From: Escherichia phage JEP8
Length of the DNA: 64,000 bases
Strand: one strand, 5' to 3'
Sequence record: MT764208.1
Made by a program: the position numbers and the translations under genes. The number at the start of each line of letters is the position of its first letter. The first letter of the stretch is position 1. Shown piece by piece: positions 18,721-28,305 of this stretch. The notes beneath the pieces were generated by a model. It did no database searches. It saw only the letters and a list, made by a program, of their open reading frames with translations, and was not told the DNA's origin.

Positions 18721-20583
18721 TTACATGTGCTTAACGCGGTTTACCATCTCGGAGTGTTTCCCGTGGTTAAATGGACGCAGATCAACAGATCCAAGATATC
18801 CACTAACGCGACGGATAACATTCATCTTTTCCAGATTGTCATTGCCGCAATCAGGGCAAACAAAACCAGACTCGGTCGCTCTCATTTCCTTATTAGATCC
18901 ACATACATGACATACATCAGAAGGAGTATTAACACCGAAGTAGTGCAATTTATCCATTGCATAGTCTACTACAGTTTCAAGACCTTTCAGGTTGTTTTTC
19001 ATGTCTGGGAACTCAACATAAGAGATCATGCCACCGGACGCCAGCCAGTGATAATCTTTCTCAAAGTCGATTTTCTCAAATGGTGTGACTTTCCGGTCTA
19101 CGTCAAGGTGGAATGAGTTGGTGTACCAGTCTTTATCGGTAGCACCCTTAACAATACCAAATTGCTCTCTGTCCAGTCGATTAAATCGATAGCAAAGGCT
19201 CTCGGCTGGCGTACCGTAAAGACTAAACCCAAGTCCGGTTTCATCCTTCCATTTTTCAGTATAATGACGCAAGATCTTAAGAATATGTTTACCGTATCGC
19301 TGCGCATCTTCCGAATCAAACGGATGAACACCAAACAGGACGCTCAATACCTCATGTAAACCAATATATCCAAGAGAGATACTAGCGCGACCATCTTTCA
19401 ACACTTCCAAAATTTCATCGTTTTGATGAATACGGAAAAATGCACCTTCTGTATACAGCACCGGAGCAACATTGGCTTTAGCGCCTTTTAAAGCGTCTAC
19501 GCGACTCATGAGCGCATCAAAGCAAATAGGCATACGATTGGCTAGCTCTTGTTCGAATAGCTCAATTCTGCGCATTACAGACGCTTTACCAGCACGACGC
19601 GCGGCAATAAGGGCAATACGCGGAAGATTCAGAGTCACAACACCTAAGTTATTACGTCCGTCTAATACTTCTTCTCCTTTCTCATTATGCCACACACCCA
19701 GGAAGCTACGACAACCCATCGGGCTAACCGGAACACTAGATCCGGTGATACTACGGTTATTCTTCGCAGAGATATAATCAGGGTAAAGACGCTTACTAGA
19801 ACATTCCAATGCAAGTTGCTTAATGTCGTAGTTCGGATCTTCCGGTTTAAGGTTTAATCCTTCTTCTAAGAACATCACCAGCTTAGGAAACACCGGAGTG
19901 ATACCATCTTTACCTAAACCTTTAGTTCGAACGTTCAGGATCGCTTTCTGAATCAGTTTTTCTTCCCAGCTAGTACCCATACCAAAGGTTAAAGTCACAA
20001 AAGGCGTTTGACCGTTGGTGGAGAACAAAGTGTTGATTTCATATTCCAACGCTTGATACCCGTCTAAAGTTTCTTTTTCTGTCTTCTCTTGTGCATAGAG
20101 AGTATCAGCTTTGATTCCGTAGGTTTCGGCATCAGCAAGGTGTTTATGATATGTTTTCTCAACATACGGTGCTAACACCTGATCGATGTTTGCGATTGTG
20201 GTCCCTCCATATTGATGACTTGCCACCTGTGCGATAATTTGAGCGGTCACAGCACATGCAACACCGATCGATTTAGGACTTTCGATTTGTGCGCTACCCA
20301 ATTTAAAACCATTCTCTAACATGTCTTTGAGATTAACAAGACAGCAGTTAGTAAACGGCATAGCGGGTGCATAATCCATATCATGATAATGAATATCACC
20401 GTCTACATGCGCTTTATAGATGTGCTCAGGTAACACGGTTTTAGCAATCTGTTTAGACACAGCACCAGCAATCAGATCTCGACGTGTCGGGAATGTTCGC
20501 GCGTCTTTGTTCGCGTTCTCTTTACTTACTTCGTTTTCTTTACCCGTTGCGATCTCTGTAATGTCTTTGATTAGTTTTTCCAT
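18721..20583 (-). CDS. nrdD: Anaerobic ribonucleoside-triphosphate reductase NrdD (glycyl radical enzyme)
   Basis: 620 aa; C-terminal glycyl-radical motif RVSGYLG and C-terminal Zn-ribbon cysteines (CHVCG...CPDCG); uninterrupted. Confidence 0.9.
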   Translation of the reverse strand: MEKLIKDITEIATGKENEVSKENANKDARTFPTRRDLIAGAVSKQIAKTVLPEHIYKAHVDGDIHYHDMDYAPAMPFTNCCLVNLKDMLENGFKLGSAQIESPKSIGVACAVTAQIIAQVASHQYGGTTIANIDQVLAPYVEKTYHKHLADAETYGIKADTLYAQEKTEKETLDGYQALEYEINTLFSTNGQTPFVTLTFGMGTSWEEKLIQKAILNVRTKGLGKDGITPVFPKLVMFLEEGLNLKPEDPNYDIKQLALECSSKRLYPDYISAKNNRSITGSSVPVSPMGCRSFLGVWHNEKGEEVLDGRNNLGVVTLNLPRIALIAARRAGKASVMRRIELFEQELANRMPICFDALMSRVDALKGAKANVAPVLYTEGAFFRIHQNDEILEVLKDGRASISLGYIGLHEVLSVLFGVHPFDSEDAQRYGKHILKILRHYTEKWKDETGLGFSLYGTPAESLCYRFNRLDREQFGIVKGATDKDWYTNSFHLDVDRKVTPFEKIDFEKDYHWLASGGMISYVEFPDMKNNLKGLETVVDYAMDKLHYFGVNTPSDVCHVCGSNKEMRATESGFVCPDCGNDNLEKMNVIRRVSGYLGSVDLRPFNHGKHSEMVNRVKHM

Positions 20584-20629
20584 TGTATCACCTATGAAAA
20601 AGCGGGATTTTCTCCCGCTCGTTGATAGT

Positions 20630-21124
20630 TTATTTTACCAGTTCTGCTAATTCTTTTTCTTTAGCTTCCAGTTCAGCTTTAAGCTGTTTAATCTCTTGTC
20701 GCTTCTTATTAGCGGCTTCCTGCTTACTATTGCGGATAATCTGATCTAGATACAACTCCCAATCCTGAATATTTTTGATAATATAACCGTCAACATTAAT
20801 TGGTCGGATATTTAGTACAGCTTCCAGTTTAGTCGCAAAAACTTTAATTGCTGGTGTGAAGTATTCATATTCGTTATCTTCAAACCAATAACCTAGACTT
20901 GCATTCTCAATACGAAGACGAAGTTCAAGATCAAGGTCTTTATCTTCGGTGTAAAGATCTTGCACATGCCCCATCGAACTAACAACAACTTTAAAACGAA
21001 TTTTATCAACACCACCAAACACATCAGTAAGGATACCAGCAATTGAGCTATTAGCGCAAGATTGGTCGCTGAATGCGTCAAGGTTTTCTTTAGTTACAGT
21101 ATACCAAACATCTTGTACCCACAT
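20630..21124 (-). CDS. Hypothetical protein, related to the WEVGKTY-family C-terminal region
   Basis: KVFATKLEAV resembles KRVFATKLQRDF of 14469..14945; C-terminal coiled coil. ATG preceded by the GAGGATTATATT leader. Confidence 0.55.
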   Translation of the reverse strand: MWVQDVWYTVTKENLDAFSDQSCANSSIAGILTDVFGGVDKIRFKVVVSSMGHVQDLYTEDKDLDLELRLRIENASLGYWFEDNEYEYFTPAIKVFATKLEAVLNIRPINVDGYIIKNIQDWELYLDQIIRNSKQEAANKKRQEIKQLKAELEAKEKELAELVK

Positions 21125-21153
21125 AATATAATCCTCTCGTTGTTAAGTGGGAG

Positions 21154-21181
21154 TATTATAGCATACTCCCTTCGCATGTCA
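21154..21181 (-). promoter_or_regulatory. sigma70-type early promoter (TTGACA-N16-TATAAT)
   Basis: Minus strand TTGACA (21181..21176), TATAAT (21159..21154), then GAGGATTATATT-ATG leader. Confidence 0.6.
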
Positions 21182-22357
21182 AGCACTAACTTTTTTCTTT
21201 ACTGCTTTCACCTTCTGGCGAATTGCTCGAATCTCTTCGATCTCTTTTTCAGTCTCTTTAACAATTTCTTTGCGATTCTGAATATCTGTATCGAGATTAT
21301 CATCAAGTTTAGGCAGCATGTCAATCAAGAACTTTTTAAAGTCTTTCAGGTTTCGGATAACAGCACCTTCACCCATTACCGCCACCCCTACACCATCCGG
21401 CAGATCACCAAACAGCTTAACCAGTTCAGACAGATGATCATGATCTTCTAGTGCTTCTTCCGGTTCAGATGGCAGTTCAACAAAGTTATAACGTTCATCA
21501 TTGCTGATCAAGTGATACCAGCAAAGCCCAAAAGATTTAGGAGTATATTCTACACCATCAACTTCAACCGCGTCAACACTTCCGAAAGAATCTACTTTAG
21601 TTGCCTTAAATCCGTGTTCCAGCTTTTGAACAATTTCAATAACATGACTGGATACGGTTTCCGTATTAAACCAATGAGGCAAATTATGTGGATTTGGCTT
21701 GTAGCGTTCGCCTACTTTAAATCTCTGACCACGCTCTTGCATACGGACATATTCAACTCGCGTGATTTCCGCGAAGTATTCAAATTCGCCACCGTCAAAC
21801 ACACAAGCCCATTGATCACAAAAACGATCTGCCTTAACAGTTTCACCTTTCGCGGTGATCATGGTAGCTGATCCGTGCAATTCTTCTTCAACTAAAAAGC
21901 CATATTCGACAAAATCAACAAGTTTCATAGCTTCTTTGTGATCTGGATCATGCTCTCCCCAGAATCGCTTAAATTCTTGCAAACCTTCTGGGGTAAACGA
22001 ATAACATTTACCTTTTTCAAAGTAAGTCGGCATTGCATCCTCTTTCTTGTTCATCGCTTCGTATGCCTCTTTTGAGATGCGTTTAAAGTATTTACGCTCA
22101 TTGTGCATAATCATAGTAGCCCAATAATCAACAATATCATTAGCGGAATAAACTACATCTCCAGCTTCAATAGTAATAACATGACCGTGGTCATCTTTTT
22201 CTAATACTTTAAAGCCCTTTTCTACGATTTCAGCAACCCGAATATGACCACGGCGCGAAGCATCGGTCAGAATAATTGAATAGCGAGAAAAGTCTAGAAA
22301 CTCATCTTTACCACCTTCACGGAATGCATAGTAATGACCTTCAAAGAATTTAGCCAT
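21179..22357 (-). CDS. Hypothetical protein (392 aa) with repeated domains of the paralog family
   Basis: Shares ERKYFKRISK..., GFKVLEKDD... and a C-terminal ...NLKDFKKFLIDM helical region with 22414..22980. Confidence 0.6.
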   Translation of the reverse strand: MAKFFEGHYYAFREGGKDEFLDFSRYSIILTDASRRGHIRVAEIVEKGFKVLEKDDHGHVITIEAGDVVYSANDIVDYWATMIMHNERKYFKRISKEAYEAMNKKEDAMPTYFEKGKCYSFTPEGLQEFKRFWGEHDPDHKEAMKLVDFVEYGFLVEEELHGSATMITAKGETVKADRFCDQWACVFDGGEFEYFAEITRVEYVRMQERGQRFKVGERYKPNPHNLPHWFNTETVSSHVIEIVQKLEHGFKATKVDSFGSVDAVEVDGVEYTPKSFGLCWYHLISNDERYNFVELPSEPEEALEDHDHLSELVKLFGDLPDGVGVAVMGEGAVIRNLKDFKKFLIDMLPKLDDNLDTDIQNRKEIVKETEKEIEEIRAIRQKVKAVKKKVSA

Positions 22358-22413
22358 AATATAATCCTCTCGTTGTTTAGATGTGAGTATCTTACTACTC
22401 CCGTTTCATCATG

Positions 22414-22980
22414 TCAAGCGTTAAATGACTTTTGGATCTCTTTCAGTTCAGCTACTTTATCGGCGCTGAATTTAGCGTAGGTATCATGTCGAATAATTTC
22501 ACTTTCAAGAAAGGTTTCCAGCCGAGATCTATTTTCAATAAGGAACTCTTTCAGGTCTTCCGCGTTCTTGATAAAGATTTTATTGTCAGTAATGTCATCT
22601 TCAATCGCAAAGGAGATAGAGCGAACTTTACCAAACAAGTTAATCAGATCTTCCAGAGATTCTTCTTTCTTAACTGGTTTCATTTCTTCAAACTGCTTTT
22701 TAGTGATGCGTTTAAAGTATTTGCGCTCGCTTGCATCAATCATGATTGACGCACCCTCATAATCATGAGTTTCTACCAAATACACTTTACCCATAACATT
22801 AACCGTAAGAACTTTAAAGCCCCTGTGAAGCACACCATACAGGAACTTGTTATGTTGTGGATAGCGTTTAACAAATTCCTCTGCGGACTCAGCATTACGG
22901 AAAGTGTAATAACGACCTCGTTCAAAAACAGCATCATTTGAAGACTTAGCTGGATACAATTTATACGTTTTCTGTACCAT
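22414..22980 (-). CDS. Hypothetical protein, paralog of 21179..22357
   Basis: ASERKYFKRITKKQFEEM, GFKVLTVNVMGKV, ...NAEDLKEFLIEN. Start set to the ATG with GAGGA RBS (MVQKTYKLY...). Confidence 0.6.
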   Translation of the reverse strand: MVQKTYKLYPAKSSNDAVFERGRYYTFRNAESAEEFVKRYPQHNKFLYGVLHRGFKVLTVNVMGKVYLVETHDYEGASIMIDASERKYFKRITKKQFEEMKPVKKEESLEDLINLFGKVRSISFAIEDDITDNKIFIKNAEDLKEFLIENRSRLETFLESEIIRHDTYAKFSADKVAELKEIQKSFNA

Positions 22981-22994
22981 AATATAATCCTCTA

Positions 22995-23267
22995 TCATTT
23001 CACTAATTGAACAGCACGGAACAGAATGCGCTCACACGGAAGCAGCATAAATTCCCAACGCGGATCAAAGTCTTTAGCGGTGTATGTTTTCCCATCAACC
23101 GAGATTTCACTTACATAACCAACAGGTGACACTTTAAGAACAGTAAATCCATTCTTGATGACTTCGTAGGTATCTTTCACTCCTTCGTATTCATCATCTA
23201 AGAAGTCTTTACGTGCTTGCTCAGATTTAAAAACATAGGCAACACCGGATTTAAACATCTTACGCAT
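22995..23267 (-). CDS. Hypothetical protein, WEVGKTY-family single-domain member
   Basis: VAYVFKSEQARKDF...GFTVLKV...ISVDGKTY; start set to the ATG with AAGGAGAA RBS. Confidence 0.55.
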   Translation of the reverse strand: MRKMFKSGVAYVFKSEQARKDFLDDEYEGVKDTYEVIKNGFTVLKVSPVGYVSEISVDGKTYTAKDFDPRWEFMLLPCERILFRAVQLVK

Positions 23268-23330
23268 TGTTGATTCTCCTTCTTGATTAGATGGGAGCAT
23301 TTTACTACTCCCATTTCTTATTGTCAACTA

Positions 23331-23804
23331 CTATCTTAAACTTTTTATGAATTGTTTCTTATACTTCTTCGTGATCTCTTCTCTTGTATCAGCGTCGCAG
23401 TAATCGAAACCTTCTGCGTCCATAATAGCAACCATCTCCGCGCGGGTCAAGCGTGAAAATAGTTTTACTTTATCAACGGCATATTGAGGATGTAAATGAT
23501 TGTTGGTGTAGTCTCCTTTGATGTAATTAACATAGTTTGTAGCCCAAACAACGAAATCAGCACCTAAAGCACCAACACCAAACCGCTTAAAGTCTCCGGT
23601 CAACGATCCTTCTAGGCGGTTGCAACACGAATGAAGCAATCCCCTTACGCGGCCTTGCCCTTTCCCATCTAGATCATGATCATGGTCAAGATGGTTTTTG
23701 CTCATATCCTCAAAAAGTGGCAATTGACAAAGGGGGCAAATGCCCCCCTGTTTTTCGAATAGTTCTTGTTTGTACTCTTTAGCACTCTTAGCAGTCAGTA
23801 ACAT
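23331..23804 (-). CDS. 49: Endonuclease VII (Holliday junction resolvase) gp49
   Basis: MLLTAKSAKEYKQ...CPLCQ...HLDHDH...GLLHSCCN matches T4 endonuclease VII; ATG at 23804 with GGAGGGTG RBS. Confidence 0.85.
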   Translation of the reverse strand: MLLTAKSAKEYKQELFEKQGGICPLCQLPLFEDMSKNHLDHDHDLDGKGQGRVRGLLHSCCNRLEGSLTGDFKRFGVGALGADFVVWATNYVNYIKGDYTNNHLHPQYAVDKVKLFSRLTRAEMVAIMDAEGFDYCDADTREEITKKYKKQFIKSLR

Positions 23805-23828
23805 AAATTCACCCTCCAAAGAAGGTAT

Positions 23829-24110
23829 TTAACCATTAATCTTGTTTTTGACTACAAAGGATCTGAACTCATCAAAACCACCTATATAATCACCATTATA
23901 GAAAATCTGCGGCATGGTGGCAATAACTTCTACCCCTGAGCGATCCTGAATGTCGGCAATGATAGAATCAATCTTTACCGGACGACCGTTTTCGTCTACA
24001 CCATCATTAACCGGAATGTAGATGTAAGGGATCTTACGCGATTCACAAAGGCGCTTTGCATTCTGGCAATACTTACAGTTGTAACCTTCAAAACCAAAAA
24101 TTTCTACCAT
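23829..24110 (-). CDS. nrdC: Thioredoxin/glutaredoxin NrdC-like
   Basis: CKYCQNAKRL...MPQIF..GDYIGGFDE pattern as in T4 NrdC; ~93 aa. Confidence 0.8.
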   Translation of the reverse strand: MVEIFGFEGYNCKYCQNAKRLCESRKIPYIYIPVNDGVDENGRPVKIDSIIADIQDRSGVEVIATMPQIFYNGDYIGGFDEFRSFVVKNKING

Positions 24111-24118
24111 GTTATACC

Positions 24119-24931
24119 TCAATCTACGTTAGTTACATAAACTTCTTGCGTATCAGAAGACTTACCACCTGAACGATCTAGGCAATAGGTCTTATTCAAC
24201 AGGACGCAGTTTAAATCATTCCGCTTGATAAAGTCAAGGAGATGATCATTTACCTTTCCCTTATGATGTGTGACATTACTGATACCAAACTGAAAACCAC
24301 GCGCCATAATAGATTCTACCCACTGATAGAATTTAATCTCTTCCTCGTTACTCCAGAACTTATTGTATTCCGCAGAAGTGATAAGGTACGGCGGGTCCAA
24401 ATAAACGAAATCACCTGGCAAGATCTCGATCTCGTCATAGCGACCAGACGTAAAACTGATTCGACCGTCTTTGTTTTCTTCCTTAAAATTCAGGACACGC
24501 TCTACCGCGTTTTCGTTAAAAGTCCGGCGACCAAAATTAGCATTAAATTCTCCCTTTCGGTTATGGCGGTTAATGTTGCTAAAACTGTGCTGAATCAACA
24601 CAAACAGAGATAGCGGATCTGGATTCTCGTTATACTTCTTACGGAATATCATGTAAGCGTCTTTATCATCACGAGACAAATCATTTTCGGCAATAATACG
24701 CTTGATCGTAGAAACCGGATCAGGACACTCGTCAATCGCTTTGTACGCGTCAATTAAGCGGTGATCATAGTCATTAGCCAGCACATCACCTTCGACGTAC
24801 AGAGACACGCTCAAGCCGCCACAGAAGGCATCAACAAAGCGGTTATAGCGCTTAGGGAAATACTTACTAACACCGGGCAATAGCTTTTCCTTATTGCCAG
24901 TATAGGGAATTAAACCTAATGCTTTCTTCAT
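24119..24931 (-). CDS. dam: DNA adenine methyltransferase (Dam, alpha-class)
   Basis: N-terminal YTGNK, motif I FVDAFCGGLSVS, catalytic DPPY (FVYLDPPYLITSAEYNKFW); near-collinear with T4 Dam. Confidence 0.9.
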   Translation of the reverse strand: MKKALGLIPYTGNKEKLLPGVSKYFPKRYNRFVDAFCGGLSVSLYVEGDVLANDYDHRLIDAYKAIDECPDPVSTIKRIIAENDLSRDDKDAYMIFRKKYNENPDPLSLFVLIQHSFSNINRHNRKGEFNANFGRRTFNENAVERVLNFKEENKDGRISFTSGRYDEIEILPGDFVYLDPPYLITSAEYNKFWSNEEEIKFYQWVESIMARGFQFGISNVTHHKGKVNDHLLDFIKRNDLNCVLLNKTYCLDRSGGKSSDTQEVYVTNVD

Positions 24932-25362
24932 TATCCCTTCCTCAAATAAGTTCGCTCAATCTCTACCAGTTCGAAAAAATCTTGCCAGTCGCAAGGAAAA
25001 TTGCAGTTTCCGAAATGATCCTCTTTGTAAAGTTCTTTACCGGATGGCAGCTTAATATCTGTTACGCTGTAGTATCCGCAACAATCGCAATCACCATCTG
25101 TATATTCTGTTTTGGTAGGAATATCCATCATTGCCAGATACAAAGGTACATCGTCTTGCTCAAAGTTCATGTAACCTTCATGGTCGAATGAAACAAAGTT
25201 ATCATCGCCACCGAAAGGGATATAATGGTCATAATCGGTTACAGGTTGACCGTGCAATTCCCATTCTACAATTTTAACATTACCGCTAAACTTGATGCCC
25301 ATAATTTCAACAAGAAAATGAGTATCGTCAATGTAAATCTTACTAGGAGTTGGATAACCCAT
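24931..25362 (-). CDS. Hypothetical protein (Cys-rich C-terminal region)
   Basis: 143-aa ORF; DGDCDCCGYY...CNFPCDW. Confidence 0.55.
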   Translation of the reverse strand: MGYPTPSKIYIDDTHFLVEIMGIKFSGNVKIVEWELHGQPVTDYDHYIPFGGDDNFVSFDHEGYMNFEQDDVPLYLAMMDIPTKTEYTDGDCDCCGYYSVTDIKLPSGKELYKEDHFGNCNFPCDWQDFFELVEIERTYLRKG

Positions 25363-25372
25363 TATATAATCC

Positions 25373-25669
25373 TCATATCTCAGAGAATAGAATCTCTGTT
25401 AGCTTCACTGACTGCTCTCTGAATGTTAGCGTATACTCGAAAGGAAAGTCAACACCCAACTTCAAAAGAGAATAGCCTACCGCCTCTTTATGCTTATCGG
25501 TTAGGGCGATCCTAACCAATTCCCGTTGAATCTCTTTAGGCGGTGAATGGATAGTAACACGGGTATCATGTAATGTCCAGTCACCATTTCGAATTAAGAT
25601 TAACGGTTTATCATCATTGAAGATCACCGACCCCTTTCCGGTCGGTGAATGTTTTATATTAATCATCAA
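25373..25669 (-). CDS. Hypothetical protein
   Basis: 98-aa ORF. Confidence 0.5.
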   Translation of the reverse strand: MMINIKHSPTGKGSVIFNDDKPLILIRNGDWTLHDTRVTIHSPPKEIQRELVRIALTDKHKEAVGYSLLKLGVDFPFEYTLTFREQSVKLTEILFSEI

Positions 25670-25880
25670 ATTCTAAGAAATATTCTGGAACGATATAACC
25701 GTTAAAGTCATTGCACTTATAAAAATGTGGTGCATTCAATGCTGGATGAGCATTAGTAAAGAGTTTACCCTCTAGAAACAGAATGTAATTAATCGGTCTA
25801 ATACCGACAGAATCAGGATCTAAACCTTTTTCTTTCAGTTCAGCCAGCGTTAAAACTCGTCCAGATCGTAACTTAGCCAT
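25659..25880 (-). CDS. Hypothetical protein
   Basis: 73-aa ORF. Confidence 0.45.
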   Translation of the reverse strand: MAKLRSGRVLTLAELKEKGLDPDSVGIRPINYILFLEGKLFTNAHPALNAPHFYKCNDFNGYIVPEYFLEFDD

Positions 25881-26166
25881 GATTTACCCCCAATTCATCA
25901 AGATTATGTCGCAGCATTTCAGAGTATTTTTCTACTTCCTTGATCTTAGTGTGGATCTCCACGATCTCATCTTCACTATCAGATAGTTTAATGGCAATCG
26001 CGAGCGTGCTTTTACCAGCTTTCATAGTCTCTTTCCGTTCAACCAATAGATCCGCGTGTTTCAATAGCAATTCTTCACGTCGAACATAAGCGACGGTCAA
26101 AGCCTCATCAGCGATTTCTAAAGCATTTTCAGCGACACCAACAACCATTTTACGAGTAGACAGCAT
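25873..26166 (-). CDS. Hypothetical protein
   Basis: 97-aa ORF. Confidence 0.5.
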   Translation of the reverse strand: MLSTRKMVVGVAENALEIADEALTVAYVRREELLLKHADLLVERKETMKAGKSTLAIAIKLSDSEDEIVEIHTKIKEVEKYSEMLRHNLDELGVNHG

Positions 26167-26180
26167 AAATTCACCTCACA

Positions 26181-26489
26181 TTATTTCACGTTAACGCCGT
26201 CATCAATCCAGCCGACGCTATTTTGTTTAACAGTTTTACCATAGGATGCATACTTAATCAAGCATGGTTTAACATCATTATCAAATCTTCCTAAACGTAC
26301 TCCCAAATCAGGAATATCCATGTATGCGGCTTTATATCCCCATGTGCCGTATTCAGAATCAATCTCAACCGGACGGCCTTTAAAAGCATACACTACACCG
26401 TGACGGTCAACGATAACATAGCGATAGCCAGCCGGAAGATACACAGTTTCGCCGTAAACTTTAACTGGAGTAGCAGAAGAGATAAACAT
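26181..26489 (-). CDS. Hypothetical protein
   Basis: Start set to the ATG (MFISSATPVKVYG...) preceded by GAGGATTATATT. Confidence 0.55.
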   Translation of the reverse strand: MFISSATPVKVYGETVYLPAGYRYVIVDRHGVVYAFKGRPVEIDSEYGTWGYKAAYMDIPDLGVRLGRFDNDVKPCLIKYASYGKTVKQNSVGWIDDGVNVK

Positions 26490-26523
26490 AATATAATCCT
26501 CACATCGTTCATTTGATGCGGTC

Positions 26524-26552
26524 ATTATATGATAACCGCATTTTCATGTCAA
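26524..26552 (-). promoter_or_regulatory. sigma70-type early promoter (TTGACA-N17-TATAAT)
   Basis: Minus strand TTGACA (26552..26547) and TATAAT (26529..26524). Confidence 0.6.
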
Positions 26553-26559
26553 CAGTTTT

Positions 26560-26869
26560 TTAAAAATCTTCTTCCGGTTTATATCGACCGTCATCGACTG
26601 GTTTTGGACTGAATCCTTTATGCGTGCGCGGCTTCGCTTCCGGTTTACCAGCAATCATCAAACCAAAACATTTCAGCCCCTTATAACACATAACAATATC
26701 AACCACGGTCCACGTTATAGGCCATACGATTGCAGCAATACAAAATGCTCCTGTATCGACCTCTTTGGTGTCCTTGTCGAATCTGGCGTACAAGCAGAAT
26801 ACTAGATACGAGATCATTGCACCAGTAGTCCAGATATAAAGCACATTAACAATATCTTGTGTTGTCACA
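26560..26869 (-). CDS. Hypothetical membrane protein
   Basis: Hydrophobic segments; probable GTG start at 26869 with AGGAGG 5 nt upstream. Confidence 0.5.
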
Positions 26870-26878
26870 TTATCCTCC

Positions 26879-27157
26879 TTACATGTCTTGCAGTGCATAA
26901 AAGCATTTTTCTTCATAGTCATAGAAAATGTCAAAGTATGCTTTTTCCACATACTCGCCATTAATCCAAGCGGCAGTAACAATCAGAGTGGTCCAGTTAG
27001 ATCCGCTCTCAACGGTAAAGGTTTTAATACCCAGCTTCGCTGCCAAGTCGAACGCAAACCGGACGCAACCACGGCAGGAAGTGATATTGGAAGTTTTGAT
27101 TTTAAAGCCACCGCGAGTTTTAGAAATTTCTACTTTAGCGAAAGACAGGTTGCTCAT
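26879..27157 (-). CDS. Hypothetical protein
   Basis: Start at the ATG with AAGGAGAATCAAA leader (MSNLSFAKVEI...). Confidence 0.55.
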   Translation of the reverse strand: MSNLSFAKVEISKTRGGFKIKTSNITSCRGCVRFAFDLAAKLGIKTFTVESGSNWTTLIVTAAWINGEYVEKAYFDIFYDYEEKCFYALQDM

Positions 27158-27199
27158 TTTGATTCTCCTTAAGAAAGTGTGTTTCGTTTTGATGTGTGT

Positions 27200-27228
27200 A
27201 GTATAGGGGATCACCGATCCCCTGTCAA
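27200..27228 (-). promoter_or_regulatory. sigma70-type early promoter cassette (TTGACA-N17-TATACT)
   Basis: Minus strand TTGACA (27228..27223), TATACT (27205..27200), then the ...CAUCAAAACGAAACAC... leader. Confidence 0.55.
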
Positions 27229-27236
27229 CAACTTTT

Positions 27237-27500
27237 TTATGATTTTAGTGAATTAACCACCACATCAAAATGATGTACAGAGTACACCTTATTAAACACA
27301 TATTCATCGTGTTTAGGAATCGCCCCTAATCGCTCTATTTCGCTCGCTAACACGATAAAACGTTTATCCGGTGCATTTACCTTATATGCTTCAACAACGC
27401 ACGGAAAACGCGTTTTAGCGAGTTCGGGATAGTTTTCTGACTCCATCAGGACAATGAATACCCTATTACATTGATTGTAGAATCCGGTTTTTGATTTCAT
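27237..27500 (-). CDS. Hypothetical protein
   Basis: Start trimmed to an internal ATG to limit overlap with the upstream ORF; start uncertain. Confidence 0.45.
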   Translation of the reverse strand: MKSKTGFYNQCNRVFIVLMESENYPELAKTRFPCVVEAYKVNAPDKRFIVLASEIERLGAIPKHDEYVFNKVYSVHHFDVVVNSLKS

Positions 27501-27807
27501 CAAGTTTTCTTCTCTGTGAAATTCGTGCAATCTTCCTTTCATGATTTCGTTGGTTCTTGTCTTCACAGTTTACCCACTCAACAAGGTCTTTACCTAACTC
27601 GAAAGCCCATTCTCGGTCCTGCTTTACGTTTTGTAGGTATGGACTTTCCGACACTCGAAGAAGTGATCTTGTCGTAACAAGAATGATCTCAGGAATGTTC
27701 GGATGTTCCTTTCCATATACAATAGGACGCGAGTCACTATCAATACCCTGTAAGAAGGTGTATCCTGAATCACTTAGAATCATATACTTTTTCATTTCAC
27801 ACATCAC
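27466..27807 (-). CDS. Hypothetical protein
   Basis: 113-aa ORF. Confidence 0.5.
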   Translation of the reverse strand: MMCEMKKYMILSDSGYTFLQGIDSDSRPIVYGKEHPNIPEIILVTTRSLLRVSESPYLQNVKQDREWAFELGKDLVEWVNCEDKNQRNHERKIARISQRRKLDEIKNRILQSM

Positions 27808-28061
27808 AGTTTCCTCAACCAGTTATTAAAGCGAGCAAACCATGACGCTTTTCGTGCTTCTTTTACTTTATGTGCACGCAAACCACTGAAACACCATTCA
27901 TAATCATCACTGAAATATGATTCAACAGGAACACCCGCATTTCGTAGTTCTCTGGTCTTTATCATGAATCCTTGACATAAGGGGCGACCTTCAACAATGA
28001 TAGGAAGTTTAACTTTTTCCATGAAAGTATACCCAGCACGGTCAATAATTTCAATTTTCAT
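27804..28061 (-). CDS. Hypothetical protein
   Basis: 85-aa ORF. Confidence 0.5.
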   Translation of the reverse strand: MKIEIIDRAGYTFMEKVKLPIIVEGRPLCQGFMIKTRELRNAGVPVESYFSDDYEWCFSGLRAHKVKEARKASWFARFNNWLRKL

Positions 28062-28305
28062 TTACATTATCTCCATAGATCTTTCCATCAATATCAATTT
28101 CACCAGCACGAACATCTAGGATAAGATGCGGTAGGTGAATGCAGTTTTCCCACCCTACTCGCTTCATTTCTGAAACAGTGACGTAAGCCCACCCGTTCGC
28201 TGTAATAAAGTCTACTTCAACCTTGAGAGGAAAGCAAGACTTTTCTATGTCTTCAAATCCGATAATGTGTTTTGTCGTTGAATATGGAATATATCCGGTG
28301 ATCAT
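28051..28305 (-). CDS. Hypothetical protein
   Basis: 84-aa ORF. Confidence 0.5.
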   Translation of the reverse strand: MITGYIPYSTTKHIIGFEDIEKSCFPLKVEVDFITANGWAYVTVSEMKRVGWENCIHLPHLILDVRAGEIDIDGKIYGDNVNEN

